A stretch of DNA of 63,318 bases, counting the filler. It is 7 parts of 7 records of this genome, joined end to end, with 100 filler letters (N's around TTAATTAATTAA, not from the genome) between each part and the next. Parts side by side here need not be neighbours in the genome. Positions count along the whole stretch, not along the records: positions 23,578 to 32,365 come from SRR31156797_2975; positions 32,466 to 38,675 come from SRR31156797_2977; 5 more parts are not named here. One strand, 5' to 3'. Both the position numbers and the translations under genes were made by a program. Under the pieces are notes generated by a model that saw only the letters and a program-made list of their open reading frames with translations, made no database searches and was not told where the DNA came from. Positions 29,294 to 38,775 of this stretch are shown here, in pieces (positions within the stretch are counted from its first letter, which is position 1; each line of letters starts with the position of its first letter).

Positions 29294-29840
29294 ATGACGT
29301 TCCTTAAAATAATGTGGGGGACATTCAAGGCGCTTTTTAGTATCAAGTGCGCGAATTGTTTTAATTATAGATAATAAATATGCGAACCCTGTTTTGCGAT
29401 GCCTTCAGAGTGTTCGCTTCTATCTGCAGTTTCTTAATTTAAAAGTCAATGTGTTCTACATTTTGCTCGAAAAGTTGGCTTTGACCGAAGTAGAAGGGCA
29501 TGCAACTTGAAGCAATGATGCGGATTGGCGCCAAACTTACCGAAAACAGGACTTAATTACGAATTTATCATGCAGTATTTCATAGACTGCCTTCCCTGTC
29601 AAACATATATACTCCTTTTTGTCACAGCCGGACTCGAAGGAAAAACGCAGGGTGTTTCAGAAGGTTTTGAAAAAAGGTCTGCAGATTGCAAAACCGGACA
29701 GGGAAATAAAGCAGTATAAACTGCCGCCGCCAGGTTTTTCTCCCATATCTTAATGACGGATTAAATCACAAATCCCCGCTAGACGGCTCCCGTGGCGCCC
29801 GGTCCGGCAGACAGTTTTAAGTTTTTTAATTCGCTTGAGG

Positions 29841-30191
29841 TTATGAAGCTGTTTGAGCGTCTGCTTCATGCACGATTTCTTCAAAAACTTCCTTTAGCGC
29901 TTCTGCTCCGCTCATGAATTCTCTTATAACCGTGGGTCCTTCCAAGTCGGGGCTTAACATTTTTTCGAGTTTTTTCCTTTCGGGGGCGCTACGCCATGCT
30001 TGCCAATCTTCAAAAGAGGACCAGTGAGATATTACAAGCACTTCCCGCTTGTCTTCAAGGCTGACCAGCGTCTCGCCGCTGATGTAGCCCTGCCTTCTCA
30101 GGGCTCCAACCCGAAGAGTATTGATTGTTTTCAGGTTTTCGGGGCCAACGCCTTCCTTGAATTTTCTTTCGATCATAATCTTGACGCTCAT
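29841..30191 (-). CDS. Antibiotic biosynthesis monooxygenase (ABM) family protein
   Basis: QGYISGETL...VISHWSSFEDWQAW; AAGGAG RBS. Confidence 0.85.
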   Translation of the reverse strand: MSVKIMIERKFKEGVGPENLKTINTLRVGALRRQGYISGETLVSLEDKREVLVISHWSSFEDWQAWRSAPERKKLEKMLSPDLEGPTVIREFMSGAEALKEVFEEIVHEADAQTAS

Positions 30192-30455
30192 GACCTTCTC
30201 CTTTGGTCTATGGGTGTCGTCTCTAATTAAACAGGCATTTGAGATAGCCTTCTGATTATAAATTTTATAGGAAGCGTTGTATTTGTTCCACAGTGAATCC
30301 TGAAGAGTTATTTAAGGAAATATCCTGGTTAGGTAAAAATATTAACCAGGTGGAGTATTGATCAGCCGGCTAGTAGCTTTTTTCTGGTCCAAACTTCTTG
30401 ATTCATTTATACAGAGTGGTTTTAGGCAGCCTTGGAATTTAGGCGTCCTATAGAT

Positions 30456-30493
30456 AAAAAAGCGGCCGATCCGATAATGTTCGGATCGGCCGC
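30456..30493 (-). terminator. Terminator after thiolase
   Basis: 13-bp stem gcggccgatccga / tcggatcggccgc with a minus-strand T6. Confidence 0.85.
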
Positions 30494-30533
30494 CTTATGT
30501 TTAACAGGCATCAGTCGTCTTTGAATCCGCCAA

Positions 30534-31835
30534 TTAGTCCATTCTTTCCAGAATGGTGCTGATGCCCTGACCCGATCCGATGCACTGGGTGGCCAGGCCG
30601 TAACGGCCGCCGCTACGGCGCAGTTCCTTGGCCACGGTCATAACCAGGCGCGCGCCTGTGGCGCCCAGAGGATGGCCGATGCCCAGGGACCCGCCGTTGA
30701 CATTCACTTTTTCCATGTGGATGCCCAGTTCCTTGACGGAAGGGATCACCTGGGCGGCAAACGCTTCGTTGAATTCAACCCGGTCGATCTGGTCGGCGGT
30801 TAATCCGGCTTTTTCCAGCGCCTTGACTGTTGCCGGCACCGGCCCCATACCCATGATCTGACCTTTCACGCCGCCTACTGCGATCGCCTTGATTCTGGCC
30901 AGGGGCTCCAGGCCCAGCTTGACGGCTTTTTCCTCACTCATGATAAGGAGCGCCGAGGCGCCGGAGTTGGTCGGGCAGGAATTGCCTGCGGTGACTTTTA
31001 CTTCGCCGCCTGTATAGCTGATTAATCCCTTGATAGGATTCAACTTGGTCATTGTTTCCATGCTGCTGTCCGGACGCATACATTCGTCCTGCTCAAACAA
31101 GACCATTTCGCCTTTTTCTTCAGGAATCCAGTTTTTCTTGTCATCCATGACCGGCTTTTCAACTTCCACCGGGATGACCTCGTCCTTATATACGCCGGCA
31201 GCGTATGCAGCGGCCAGCTTCTTGTGGCTGTTAACCGTGAACTGGTCCATATCTTCGCGGCTCAGGTTATACATATCGACCACGTTCTGAGCGGTTTGAG
31301 GCATGGGTTGAAGAGGCGGTCCGGCCAGGATGGCGTCCGGAATGGGCACGGAAAAATACTTGTCATGATCCGGGGCCATTTGCTGTTGTTCCGGGGTTTG
31401 GGCAAAGGCGTTGAAATTTATCCCCGTAACACGGGTGTGCACCGTATTGTCCTCCGACATCAGGGAGCGGCCCAGACGTTCGACTCCAAGCGCGATGCCG
31501 GCGTCAATCGCCCCTACCATAATGGCGTGAGCAATGCTTTTCATGGTATCCATGGATGAGCCGCATTCACGATTAGTGATAAATCCCGGGACTTCCTCGG
31601 GCAGGCCGGCCATTCGGGCCATGCACTTGTTAGTGGTGAATTCACGGTCGCCCATGACATTGCCCACGCCGAAGTCTTCGATCATGTCCGGTGTGACCTT
31701 CGGATTTCTTTCCATCAAGGCCCGGACGATCTTCGCGCCCAATTCGTCTATACGCGTAGCTTCAAACATACCCCGGCCGCCCCAGGAAAATGGGGACCTG
31801 ACGCCGTCAACGATTACTGCGTTCTTCAATTCCAT
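30534..31835 (-). CDS. Thiolase family acetyl-CoA C-acyltransferase
   Basis: NRECGSS, NEAF, GHPLGATG and CIGSGQG catalytic motifs; ATG 31835 after AAAGGA. Confidence 0.93.
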   Translation of the reverse strand: MELKNAVIVDGVRSPFSWGGRGMFEATRIDELGAKIVRALMERNPKVTPDMIEDFGVGNVMGDREFTTNKCMARMAGLPEEVPGFITNRECGSSMDTMKSIAHAIMVGAIDAGIALGVERLGRSLMSEDNTVHTRVTGINFNAFAQTPEQQQMAPDHDKYFSVPIPDAILAGPPLQPMPQTAQNVVDMYNLSREDMDQFTVNSHKKLAAAYAAGVYKDEVIPVEVEKPVMDDKKNWIPEEKGEMVLFEQDECMRPDSSMETMTKLNPIKGLISYTGGEVKVTAGNSCPTNSGASALLIMSEEKAVKLGLEPLARIKAIAVGGVKGQIMGMGPVPATVKALEKAGLTADQIDRVEFNEAFAAQVIPSVKELGIHMEKVNVNGGSLGIGHPLGATGARLVMTVAKELRRSGGRYGLATQCIGSGQGISTILERMD

Positions 31836-32137
31836 TTTGAGTCCTTTCAATTTTTTCCAATTTCTTTGAACCGTGCTCGGAATGCCGATCAATCTTATTC
31901 AGCCCTGATTCCGTTGATTCCTTAAAATCATGCCAGATGCAAAAAGCGGCTCAGGCTCTGGTGAGGATGGCCGCCCTTGTCTCTGTATCGTCCTTTACTT
32001 TGAAAAAGAAATCGAATCATAGCCTGAACCTGGGTTCTCGACAAGGTGTTTTTTTATTTCTGTAATAACCAGTTGTTGTGTCGAACTGATAAGGATTAAG
32101 GTGAGAATCTTCCGTGACGAAGGCAAAAAGCGACTCC

Positions 32138-32166
32138 TTGACTATAAAGGCGGTTAGATATTAAAT
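32138..32166 (+). promoter_or_regulatory. Candidate sigma70 promoter of the CoA transferase
   Basis: TTGACT-N17-TTAAAT. Confidence 0.4.
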
Positions 32167-32266
32167 GAGTTCCATCGGCGCCCTGGTCCTAAATTGTATA
32201 AAAAGCCGGGCGCTGGCGGAAACTGTGTTCGGTAAATTAGCTCCGCGAAAAAATCGGGAGAAACAT

Positions 32267-32365
32267 ATGGGAAAAAACAGGGATAAATTGTTACCTCTAA
32301 ATGAGGCCGTTGACAAATATGTTCATTCAGGGAGCCATCTTTCCATTGGAGGCTTTACCATCAAC
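32267..32365 (+). CDS. Family I CoA-transferase subunit A, N-terminal fragment
   Basis: MGKNRDKLLPLNEAVDKYVHSGSHLSIGGFTIN after GGGAG; divergent from thiolase. Confidence 0.75.
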
Positions 32366-32465
32366 NNNNNNNNNNNNNNNNNNNNNNNNNNNNNNNNNNN
32401 NNNNNNNNNTTAATTAATTAANNNNNNNNNNNNNNNNNNNNNNNNNNNNNNNNNNNNNNNNNNNN
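32366..32465. other. Artificial contig spacer
   Basis: N44-TTAATTAATTAA-N44. Confidence 0.99.
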
Positions 32466-32537
32466 GGTGATATTGAATATAACAAACGGAATGAAAAACA
32501 GCAGACAAACAATAATCGCTTTTGTTCTCCACCCCAT
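32466..32537 (-). CDS. Start of an exported protein downstream of the caspase gene (truncated)
   Basis: MGWRTKAIIVCLLFFIPFVIFNIT, signal-peptide-like; ATG 6 nt after the caspase stop. Confidence 0.55.
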
Positions 32538-32543
32538 CTTTGG

Positions 32544-33665
32544 CTACCACCCTGCTTTGACGTAGCAGTCTGAAACTACTCTTCTGGCTTTGCGCTGATA
32601 TTCCGAAGCCTCTTTTTTGGATATAAATGGTCCGGCGGCGATCACCCATAAACCATCCCTAAGATTCGGATAATCATTCGTGTTAAGGATGGAGGCGCTA
32701 AGGCCGTTGCGGATGAGACCGGCCAGTCTTTTTTCACTCTGAGAACGAGCGCTGTGCGGGTACGACCCTAAAATAACAAACCATTTGCCTTCAGCAGGAT
32801 CCTTTTTCAGGTCGTCCTTCAGATCGGGTTTTAATTCTCCTGTAAAAACAGGGCCGGACTGAGGCGCGGTTGAGGCTGCTGAAAACATGAACGGCGGCAA
32901 CGGAGAGTGGTTGACCCAGGGAATCTGCTGGTTTTCGGAAACAGCCATCACTTCATGCCCGACCTGGTTGAACACCTGTAACAGATCCATCCCCGGACTG
33001 CTGAGGTATTTCAGCAATACTGAAGTGTACAGGCCGTTTTGGCCCGGCCCGTCGTCCGCAGTCTTACCGGGAGCTGCGGCGAAAGCCAGTAATGCGCCGC
33101 CCGGCGCCGACATCTGCGCCAACCCGCCGCCTGAACCGCTGCGAAAGGATCGGAATGGATTGTTGCGGCAGGCGTCCAGGATTACAATATTCAACGCGTT
33201 ATCCGAGTCATCCATGGCGTCCAGAATATATGAGGCGGACATGCATTGGTGTCTGGCCTGGAATTTTTCCTTGATATCGGCGTCTACCGGGACAAGGTAG
33301 TTAATGCCGTCTACCTGCAAACCGTGTCCGGCGTAGTAAAACAGAGCTACATCATTCCTGTCGCCGGTCAAGGTTTTATGGAATTTTAAGACCGCCTTTT
33401 CCATGGTCTTCAAATTCGCGTCGAGGGTCAGAATAACTTCAAAACCGCATTTTTCTTTCAGAACAGCAGCCATGGCCCGGGCGTCGTTTTCAGGGTTGCG
33501 CAACGATTTCACATTGGGGCTGTTATAGTTGCTGTTCCCTATAACCAAAGCCGTTCTTCGTCCACTCACCTGTTCATAAAACAGTTTTCTTTCAGCAGCC
33601 GAGGCGAGTGAAGTAAGTAGTAACAGGCCCAATAACAATACAGAAAAGTATTCCCATTTTTTCAT
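32544..33665 (-). CDS. Exported caspase-family (peptidase C14) protein with C-terminal SPOR-like domain
   Basis: Signal peptide; ALVIGNSNY, YYAGHG, LDACR, QQIPW; tail WFVILGSY...WVIAAGPFISKKEA...DCYVK. Confidence 0.85.
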   Translation of the reverse strand: MKKWEYFSVLLLGLLLLTSLASAAERKLFYEQVSGRRTALVIGNSNYNSPNVKSLRNPENDARAMAAVLKEKCGFEVILTLDANLKTMEKAVLKFHKTLTGDRNDVALFYYAGHGLQVDGINYLVPVDADIKEKFQARHQCMSASYILDAMDDSDNALNIVILDACRNNPFRSFRSGSGGGLAQMSAPGGALLAFAAAPGKTADDGPGQNGLYTSVLLKYLSSPGMDLLQVFNQVGHEVMAVSENQQIPWVNHSPLPPFMFSAASTAPQSGPVFTGELKPDLKDDLKKDPAEGKWFVILGSYPHSARSQSEKRLAGLIRNGLSASILNTNDYPNLRDGLWVIAAGPFISKKEASEYQRKARRVVSDCYVKAGW

Positions 33666-34193
33666 GGCGGCCCCTCATTTTTGTTTTGAAAATATTCTTA
33701 TCTAGAATTATGAGGCAAAGGCCAAGATCTCTGCAATCCTCTAATACTGAAAAATGATGCTGCAAGCGCTGCGATCTTCTTGTTTAAAACACACTGAAGC
33801 CGCAATTCGCCTGCTGTATAGCCTTTGAACAAAGCATAAAGGTTTATGACTCAACCACAAAAAGTTCATTTCTACCCACCTAGTCAAAAAATCAGCAATT
33901 TTTCCAACTTTCTCACAAAATAATCTACAGATATGCTCCCGGTTAAACAGAAAGCCTCCGGTAAACCATGGCCCATCACAGCTATTGCCATAATGTCCTT
34001 GACAAAGTTAGGGGCCAAAGTGAAGATTAGGCGGCTCGGGGAAGCCTCAAGAAGTTCATTGTTGTCTGGTCGGGATTTGGCGGCTCTCATTTTTTGAGGA
34101 TAAAGCCTGTCCAGCTAGCGATTTCGGCATTCTATTTTAGTGCAAGCATATATATTTTTTAAAAAATCGCAGATATGGCTACAGAATTGACAG

Positions 34194-34715
34194 ATGATTA
34201 AGGGCATGACTATGGAAGAATTAAAAAACACAAAAATCACAATACAACCGTTTAAAGAAAGACATAAACAAGAAATTATCGAATTCATTGTAGGGATTCA
34301 GCAAAATGAATTCGGTATTCCTATAACTGCCTCTGATCAACCTGACTTAATGAACATTCCGGATTTCTATCAGAACAAATGCGGCAATTTCTGGGTTGCT
34401 GAATATGAAGACCGAATTGTCGGGACAATTGCACTATTGGATATCGGCGGTCAGATGGCTGCCTTACGTAAGATGTTTGTTGATGCTTTGTTTCGTGGAA
34501 ATGGTATAGGCGTCGCTAAAAAGCTTTTAAAAACACTTACTTCATGGTCTGAGAAGCATGAAATCAAGGAAATATATCTGGGTACAACACCAAAGTTTTT
34601 AGCAGCACATAAGTTCTATGAAAAAAATGGATTTAACGAAATTTTGAAAAAGGACTTGCCCGCTGCCTTCCCGATCATGAAAGTAGATAGCAAGTTTTAT
34701 AAATTCGAGATGTAA
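34194..34715 (+). CDS. GNAT N-acetyltransferase
   Basis: IQQNEF, DQPDL, LRKMFV...FRGNGIG, AHKFYEKNGF; start could be a few codons later. Confidence 0.88.
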   Translation: MIKGMTMEELKNTKITIQPFKERHKQEIIEFIVGIQQNEFGIPITASDQPDLMNIPDFYQNKCGNFWVAEYEDRIVGTIALLDIGGQMAALRKMFVDALFRGNGIGVAKKLLKTLTSWSEKHEIKEIYLGTTPKFLAAHKFYEKNGFNEILKKDLPAAFPIMKVDSKFYKFEM

Positions 34716-34835
34716 GCGACCATTATTCGCCCCTTGACAAAGTGGTAGGCCGGGTCAAAAATCAGGGGCTCAAGGGAAGCATTTCATACAAAATAGCATC
34801 AAAGAAATCGCGGAGAGCAGGCGCTTGGTGCGACA

Positions 34836-35357
34836 ATGAAAAGTTCTAAATTCTCCATTGTTATCAGCTTACTAATCGCGTCAATTCTTTTTGAGACGCA
34901 GGCTGCCGCCCAGGATTCCCCTCATAAGATCGCTTCACAGTTTTACACACTGGTAGTAAGGGAAGCCCCAAGCGGCCTTCCTGATGCGCATGTGATGCAA
35001 ATATTCAGGCCGTACCTGAGCCAAAGCCTTCTATCACTGTTCAGCCGCGCCAGGGAAGAGCAGGCAGAGGCAATGCAAGCGCACCCGCAGGAGAAACCGC
35101 CCTATGTTGACGGCTGTCTCTTCTCCTGCCTGTTCGAAGGTCCAAAGCGTTTCCGCCTGGGTAAGCTTAGAATCTCAGGGCAGTATGCCTATATCGATGT
35201 TGAGCAAAGCGCGGAACCGAAGGAAAATATTGAATGGACGGATACGCTGGTTCTGGTAAATGAGAGCGGGCGTTGGCTTGTGTGGGATATTCGCATGGGA
35301 TGCAGTTGGCCCTATCGCATGGGGCCGACACTGCGCGTTATGCTAGGCGAACCTTGA
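34836..35357 (+). CDS. Exported YbjP/DUF3828-like protein
   Basis: Signal peptide; FY...FRPYLSQSL...LFS...EG and WTDTLVLVNESGRWLVWDI pattern. Confidence 0.6.
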   Translation: MKSSKFSIVISLLIASILFETQAAAQDSPHKIASQFYTLVVREAPSGLPDAHVMQIFRPYLSQSLLSLFSRAREEQAEAMQAHPQEKPPYVDGCLFSCLFEGPKRFRLGKLRISGQYAYIDVEQSAEPKENIEWTDTLVLVNESGRWLVWDIRMGCSWPYRMGPTLRVMLGEP

Positions 35358-35418
35358 ACGAGGCTACGCGCGGCATGCAAATGTATAAAAGGAGTTATGG
35401 GCGCCGGTTGGCCGCCTC

Positions 35419-35895
35419 ATGGTTGAACAACCTGATCTATCTGCTTTAACTCCGCAAAAAAAGGCGCCAATGAGATTCAAACGTTTTATTATTGAAAATA
35501 GATGGTTTGATTCAGCCATACTGATAGTTTTCATCATGGCTTTTGCCGGAGCAACCTACAACCATGTGATGGATCTGGTTAGCGGAGGATTGTTTCCATA
35601 TACAAAAAGGTGGGGAACCCCGGAAAGCTTCAACCTATTTTGGACCAGTCTTACCGTTCTTGATCCGCTGGCTATTGTATTGCTGATTTTTAACATTCGC
35701 ATCGGCTATGTTTTTGGAATTGCCATCATGCTGGCGGATGTTCCGATTAACCTGCATGCCAACACCTATTATTGGTCACTGGCAATCCATGACAACTACT
35801 CATTATTAATGCAGATGGCTTTTTTGGTTTTTCTATTATCAACAGCGCCCAGGGTTTGGAGGCTGACTGATACAACCAAGGTAAAATCAGGCTAA
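35419..35895 (+). CDS. Hypothetical 4-TM membrane protein
   Basis: Four hydrophobic segments, FWTSLTVLDPLA; true start may be ATG 35470. Confidence 0.7.
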   Translation: MVEQPDLSALTPQKKAPMRFKRFIIENRWFDSAILIVFIMAFAGATYNHVMDLVSGGLFPYTKRWGTPESFNLFWTSLTVLDPLAIVLLIFNIRIGYVFGIAIMLADVPINLHANTYYWSLAIHDNYSLLMQMAFLVFLLSTAPRVWRLTDTTKVKSG

Positions 35896-35939
35896 ACCAA
35901 GCGTTCAAGAAATAAAGAGCGTGGCGGACTTTGCGCTCA

Positions 35940-37214
35940 CTATTTCAGAGGTGAATATGCATTTTCAAAATATCCCTGAGGATATTCCTCCCAGGATCGG
36001 GTGATCAACAGAAGGTCCTCCGCCGATGCATGAGGCATCTCACAAAGCGGCGCCAGGCGGTTAAAAAAATCATCCGGATCCAGGATTCCCTCCGGAGCAA
36101 AGACGCCGGGTTTATTCGCCAGACCATCCGCCATGAGAGACAAGCCTATAGCAAGTGGGACGCCTGTAGCCCCGCCCATTTTACCGGGCGGAGTTGATCT
36201 GATTGTGGCGGCAATAGCTGCGGCCGATCCATTTTTTTCTCCCAAGGCAAATGCAAAAACGGGCGGCAGAGGACTCTCCCCCTTTGAGGTTGGATATATC
36301 CAATCATGGCTATCCTTCTCCCAACCACGCCTCTTAATCTCGTCTTTTTCGAGCATGACCGCGACCCGATATGGCGACAGGATTCGCCAATCCACCAGCC
36401 TGGAAAATAGACGGACTGCATTGACAGTTTTTTTCTCCCCGACAAATACATTCAGACAATTATTAATCGATGGAAAATATCGGGGAAGCGTCAAGGCTTC
36501 CGGGTGTCCGATCGACCAGGATGCGCCGCGGCCCAATCCCGGATAGTCGATCATAATCTTCCGAAGCGGTTTTTCATCCACAAACCGGCCATTGCGCCTC
36601 ACTCTGATATTACCCGTAAATTGCTGGACGCCATGAATTAAAGCCGCGCTTGGCCGGTAATCCGGCGCCTTGAACCTGTCCGGATGATATCCTTCTTCCG
36701 GCGGCTCAGCCACGGCCGCTTCGACGTTCCAACCAGTGTAAAGGTCAGTAACGATATCCAACTCGGATACTATTTTTCGAGCCAACAAATTCGTCATGCC
36801 CGGACTGGCGCCGATCCCGATAATCGCGGTGACACCGGCAGCTTCGGCTTCCTGATGCAAGTTCATCATTTCAAGGGTCGGCTCCCAATCGTCATTGATA
36901 TCAAGATAATTTGTTTTTGCTTCAATGGCCGCATTTAATATCGGCGTTCCAAATTTGAAAAACGGCCCCACGGTATTAAGGACCAGATCATGCTTTTCAA
37001 GAATTTTCGACAGACCGCTTTTATCTGTTACATCGACTTTTTGCGCTGTTGTCTTGGGGCCGAACTCAGCCGCGGTTTTTTCTGCTTTGGCTATATCGAT
37101 ATCGGCAATGGTGATGCTTCCAACACTTTCGAATTTCAATGCCGTTCTTACGGCGTGCCTGCCCATGTCTCCACACCCGCCCAGGGCCAAAACATTAATT
37201 TTTTCCTTACTCAT
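35940..37214 (-). CDS. Saccharopine dehydrogenase-like NAD(P)-dependent oxidoreductase
   Basis: LGGCGDMG, NTVGPF, YLDINDD, GASPGMTN, GHPE, GVFAPE; AAGGAGG RBS. Confidence 0.88.
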   Translation of the reverse strand: MSKEKINVLALGGCGDMGRHAVRTALKFESVGSITIADIDIAKAEKTAAEFGPKTTAQKVDVTDKSGLSKILEKHDLVLNTVGPFFKFGTPILNAAIEAKTNYLDINDDWEPTLEMMNLHQEAEAAGVTAIIGIGASPGMTNLLARKIVSELDIVTDLYTGWNVEAAVAEPPEEGYHPDRFKAPDYRPSAALIHGVQQFTGNIRVRRNGRFVDEKPLRKIMIDYPGLGRGASWSIGHPEALTLPRYFPSINNCLNVFVGEKKTVNAVRLFSRLVDWRILSPYRVAVMLEKDEIKRRGWEKDSHDWIYPTSKGESPLPPVFAFALGEKNGSAAAIAATIRSTPPGKMGGATGVPLAIGLSLMADGLANKPGVFAPEGILDPDDFFNRLAPLCEMPHASAEDLLLITRSWEEYPQGYFENAYSPLK

Positions 37215-37361
37215 GCGCCCTCCTTATTTATTTTTGCTCGATTGCGACAGAGTAATTCGATGCCGGAAATCCGCCGTTTTTTCTAACTCGTTGATCAAAT
37301 TCTTTGGTGAGACTTACACCCAAGAAATAGCATGAGACGTCCTTTTGTTTCAACCTGAACA

Positions 37362-38420
37362 TTACTCGGAAGGCGTATAGATATCCCTTCTCTTATTAAT
37401 TACTTCCTGTCTCAGAACCTCCCATTCCAACGCACTATTGGAACATTCCTTTTCCATCAGGGAATTAAGGGGCCACAACTCCTTTTCATAGGCCTTTCTG
37501 AAGATCTGCGTCGGCAGGAAAGCCATTCTGGCGCCAAAACCGACATTTTCCCGGACCCGGCGCAGGTTTTGGATATTTATCTCAGAAGCGACGCCGGATT
37601 CACAGGCTTCATATGTTCTGGCCAGTATCCGGCCGTTATAATCAATAATCTGCGATCTGCCGGAGCCTGTTCCCTTGGGCCAACCCGGTGCATGGTAATG
37701 GGCCCAATTAGATTCGACCAGATAGCATATATTGGTTGACGCGGCAGTGCGACTGGCCACATCCATCAATGGCATGGGTTCATCCATATAAGGCTCGATC
37801 CAGGCATTGGGACGCAGAATAATTTCAGCGCCGTTCATCATCAAAGCCCGGCCGGTTTCAGGATAGCCGCCTTCACCGCAAATCTGAAATCCCATCTTTC
37901 CGATTTCGGTCTCTGCCACCGGAAAGAAGGCATCCAGCCCGCTGCCGAACTTTTCAACAAACCAGTCGTAGGCATCAGCAGGAGATGTGCTGCCGGCTTC
38001 GGCGATCTTGGACGTGACGGATTTGTGGTGCTTCAGGATTATCTCGCCATCCGGAGCGATTAAAAAAGCCACGCTGAAAGGCCGCCCCGGGAAATCCGGA
38101 TACTCGGTCCAGGCATGGGAAGCTAAGTATATGTTGTGCGCCTTGGCCTTTTCAGAAAGCATGGCCGTTTCTTCGCCAGGTAAATCTATGGCCACGCCAT
38201 TCCAGCTTAAATCTGAATTTTGCGGCAGCCCATGGAGCGCAAATTCGGGAAAAACAACCAGCCGGCAGGGAGCGCCGCAGACGAAACTCCAATAAGGAAC
38301 GAGAAAGTCAATCAGTTCGAGATGGCGCATCAGGTTTTTAGTATAAATTTCCCCTCGCTGAGAACAATAATACACTTCGGGCTGAATGGCCCCCACAGTA
38401 AACATATCCTTATTACTCAT
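37362..38420 (-). CDS. Nitrilase-superfamily carbon-nitrogen hydrolase
   Basis: Glu-Lys-Cys triad in VFPEF, HHK, QICGEG; GAEIILRP; AGGAGG RBS. Confidence 0.88.
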   Translation of the reverse strand: MSNKDMFTVGAIQPEVYYCSQRGEIYTKNLMRHLELIDFLVPYWSFVCGAPCRLVVFPEFALHGLPQNSDLSWNGVAIDLPGEETAMLSEKAKAHNIYLASHAWTEYPDFPGRPFSVAFLIAPDGEIILKHHKSVTSKIAEAGSTSPADAYDWFVEKFGSGLDAFFPVAETEIGKMGFQICGEGGYPETGRALMMNGAEIILRPNAWIEPYMDEPMPLMDVASRTAASTNICYLVESNWAHYHAPGWPKGTGSGRSQIIDYNGRILARTYEACESGVASEINIQNLRRVRENVGFGARMAFLPTQIFRKAYEKELWPLNSLMEKECSNSALEWEVLRQEVINKRRDIYTPSE

Positions 38421-38502
38421 ATGCCTCTCCTCCTAAAGTTTAGATATTACAGGTATATTTGCACATGGGCTTGATCTTGGCCAAACCCTTTCCACCGATC
38501 TT

Positions 38503-38675
38503 TTAAAAGCTGAACCGCAGCCTCAGCAAGCCGCTGACGCCCATGCGCCCCAAGCTGGAATCCTCTTCGCCCAAGGGAATCGTCATCGAGGCGGATAGTT
38601 TCCAACCCGGGTGCACGTCCCATATCAGCCAGGGATTCAAAATGACGCTGGGATCGTTGCAATTGACGATTGAAT
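38503..38675 (-). CDS. C-terminal fragment of a probable outer-membrane beta-barrel protein (not in ORF track)
   Basis: Frame from 38673 reads SIVNCNDPSVILNPWLIWDVHPGWKLSASMTIPLGEEDSSLGRMGVSGLLRLRFSF-stop; amphipathic strands and terminal Phe beta-signal. Confidence 0.6.
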
Positions 38676-38775
38676 NNNNNNNNNNNNNNNNNNNNNNNNN
38701 NNNNNNNNNNNNNNNNNNNTTAATTAATTAANNNNNNNNNNNNNNNNNNNNNNNNNNNNNNNNNNNNNNNNNNNN
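38676..38775. other. Artificial contig spacer
   Basis: N44-TTAATTAATTAA-N44. Confidence 0.99.

Noticed and set aside
29587..29715. ncRNA closed by ttccctgtc / gacagggaa
   Set aside because: A single 9-bp helix with no recognisable riboswitch core.
33884..34090. 68-aa ORF or recombinase fragment
   Set aside because: No catalytic motif and no convincing family pattern.
35391..35453. attC site from the ggagtta / taactcc inverted repeat
   Set aside because: Order is GTT...AAC, the reverse of attC (AAC...GTT), and no integrase is present.
38447..38662. 71-aa minus-strand ORF from the track
   Set aside because: An overlapping frame ending at 38503 gives a much more protein-like beta-barrel C-terminus.
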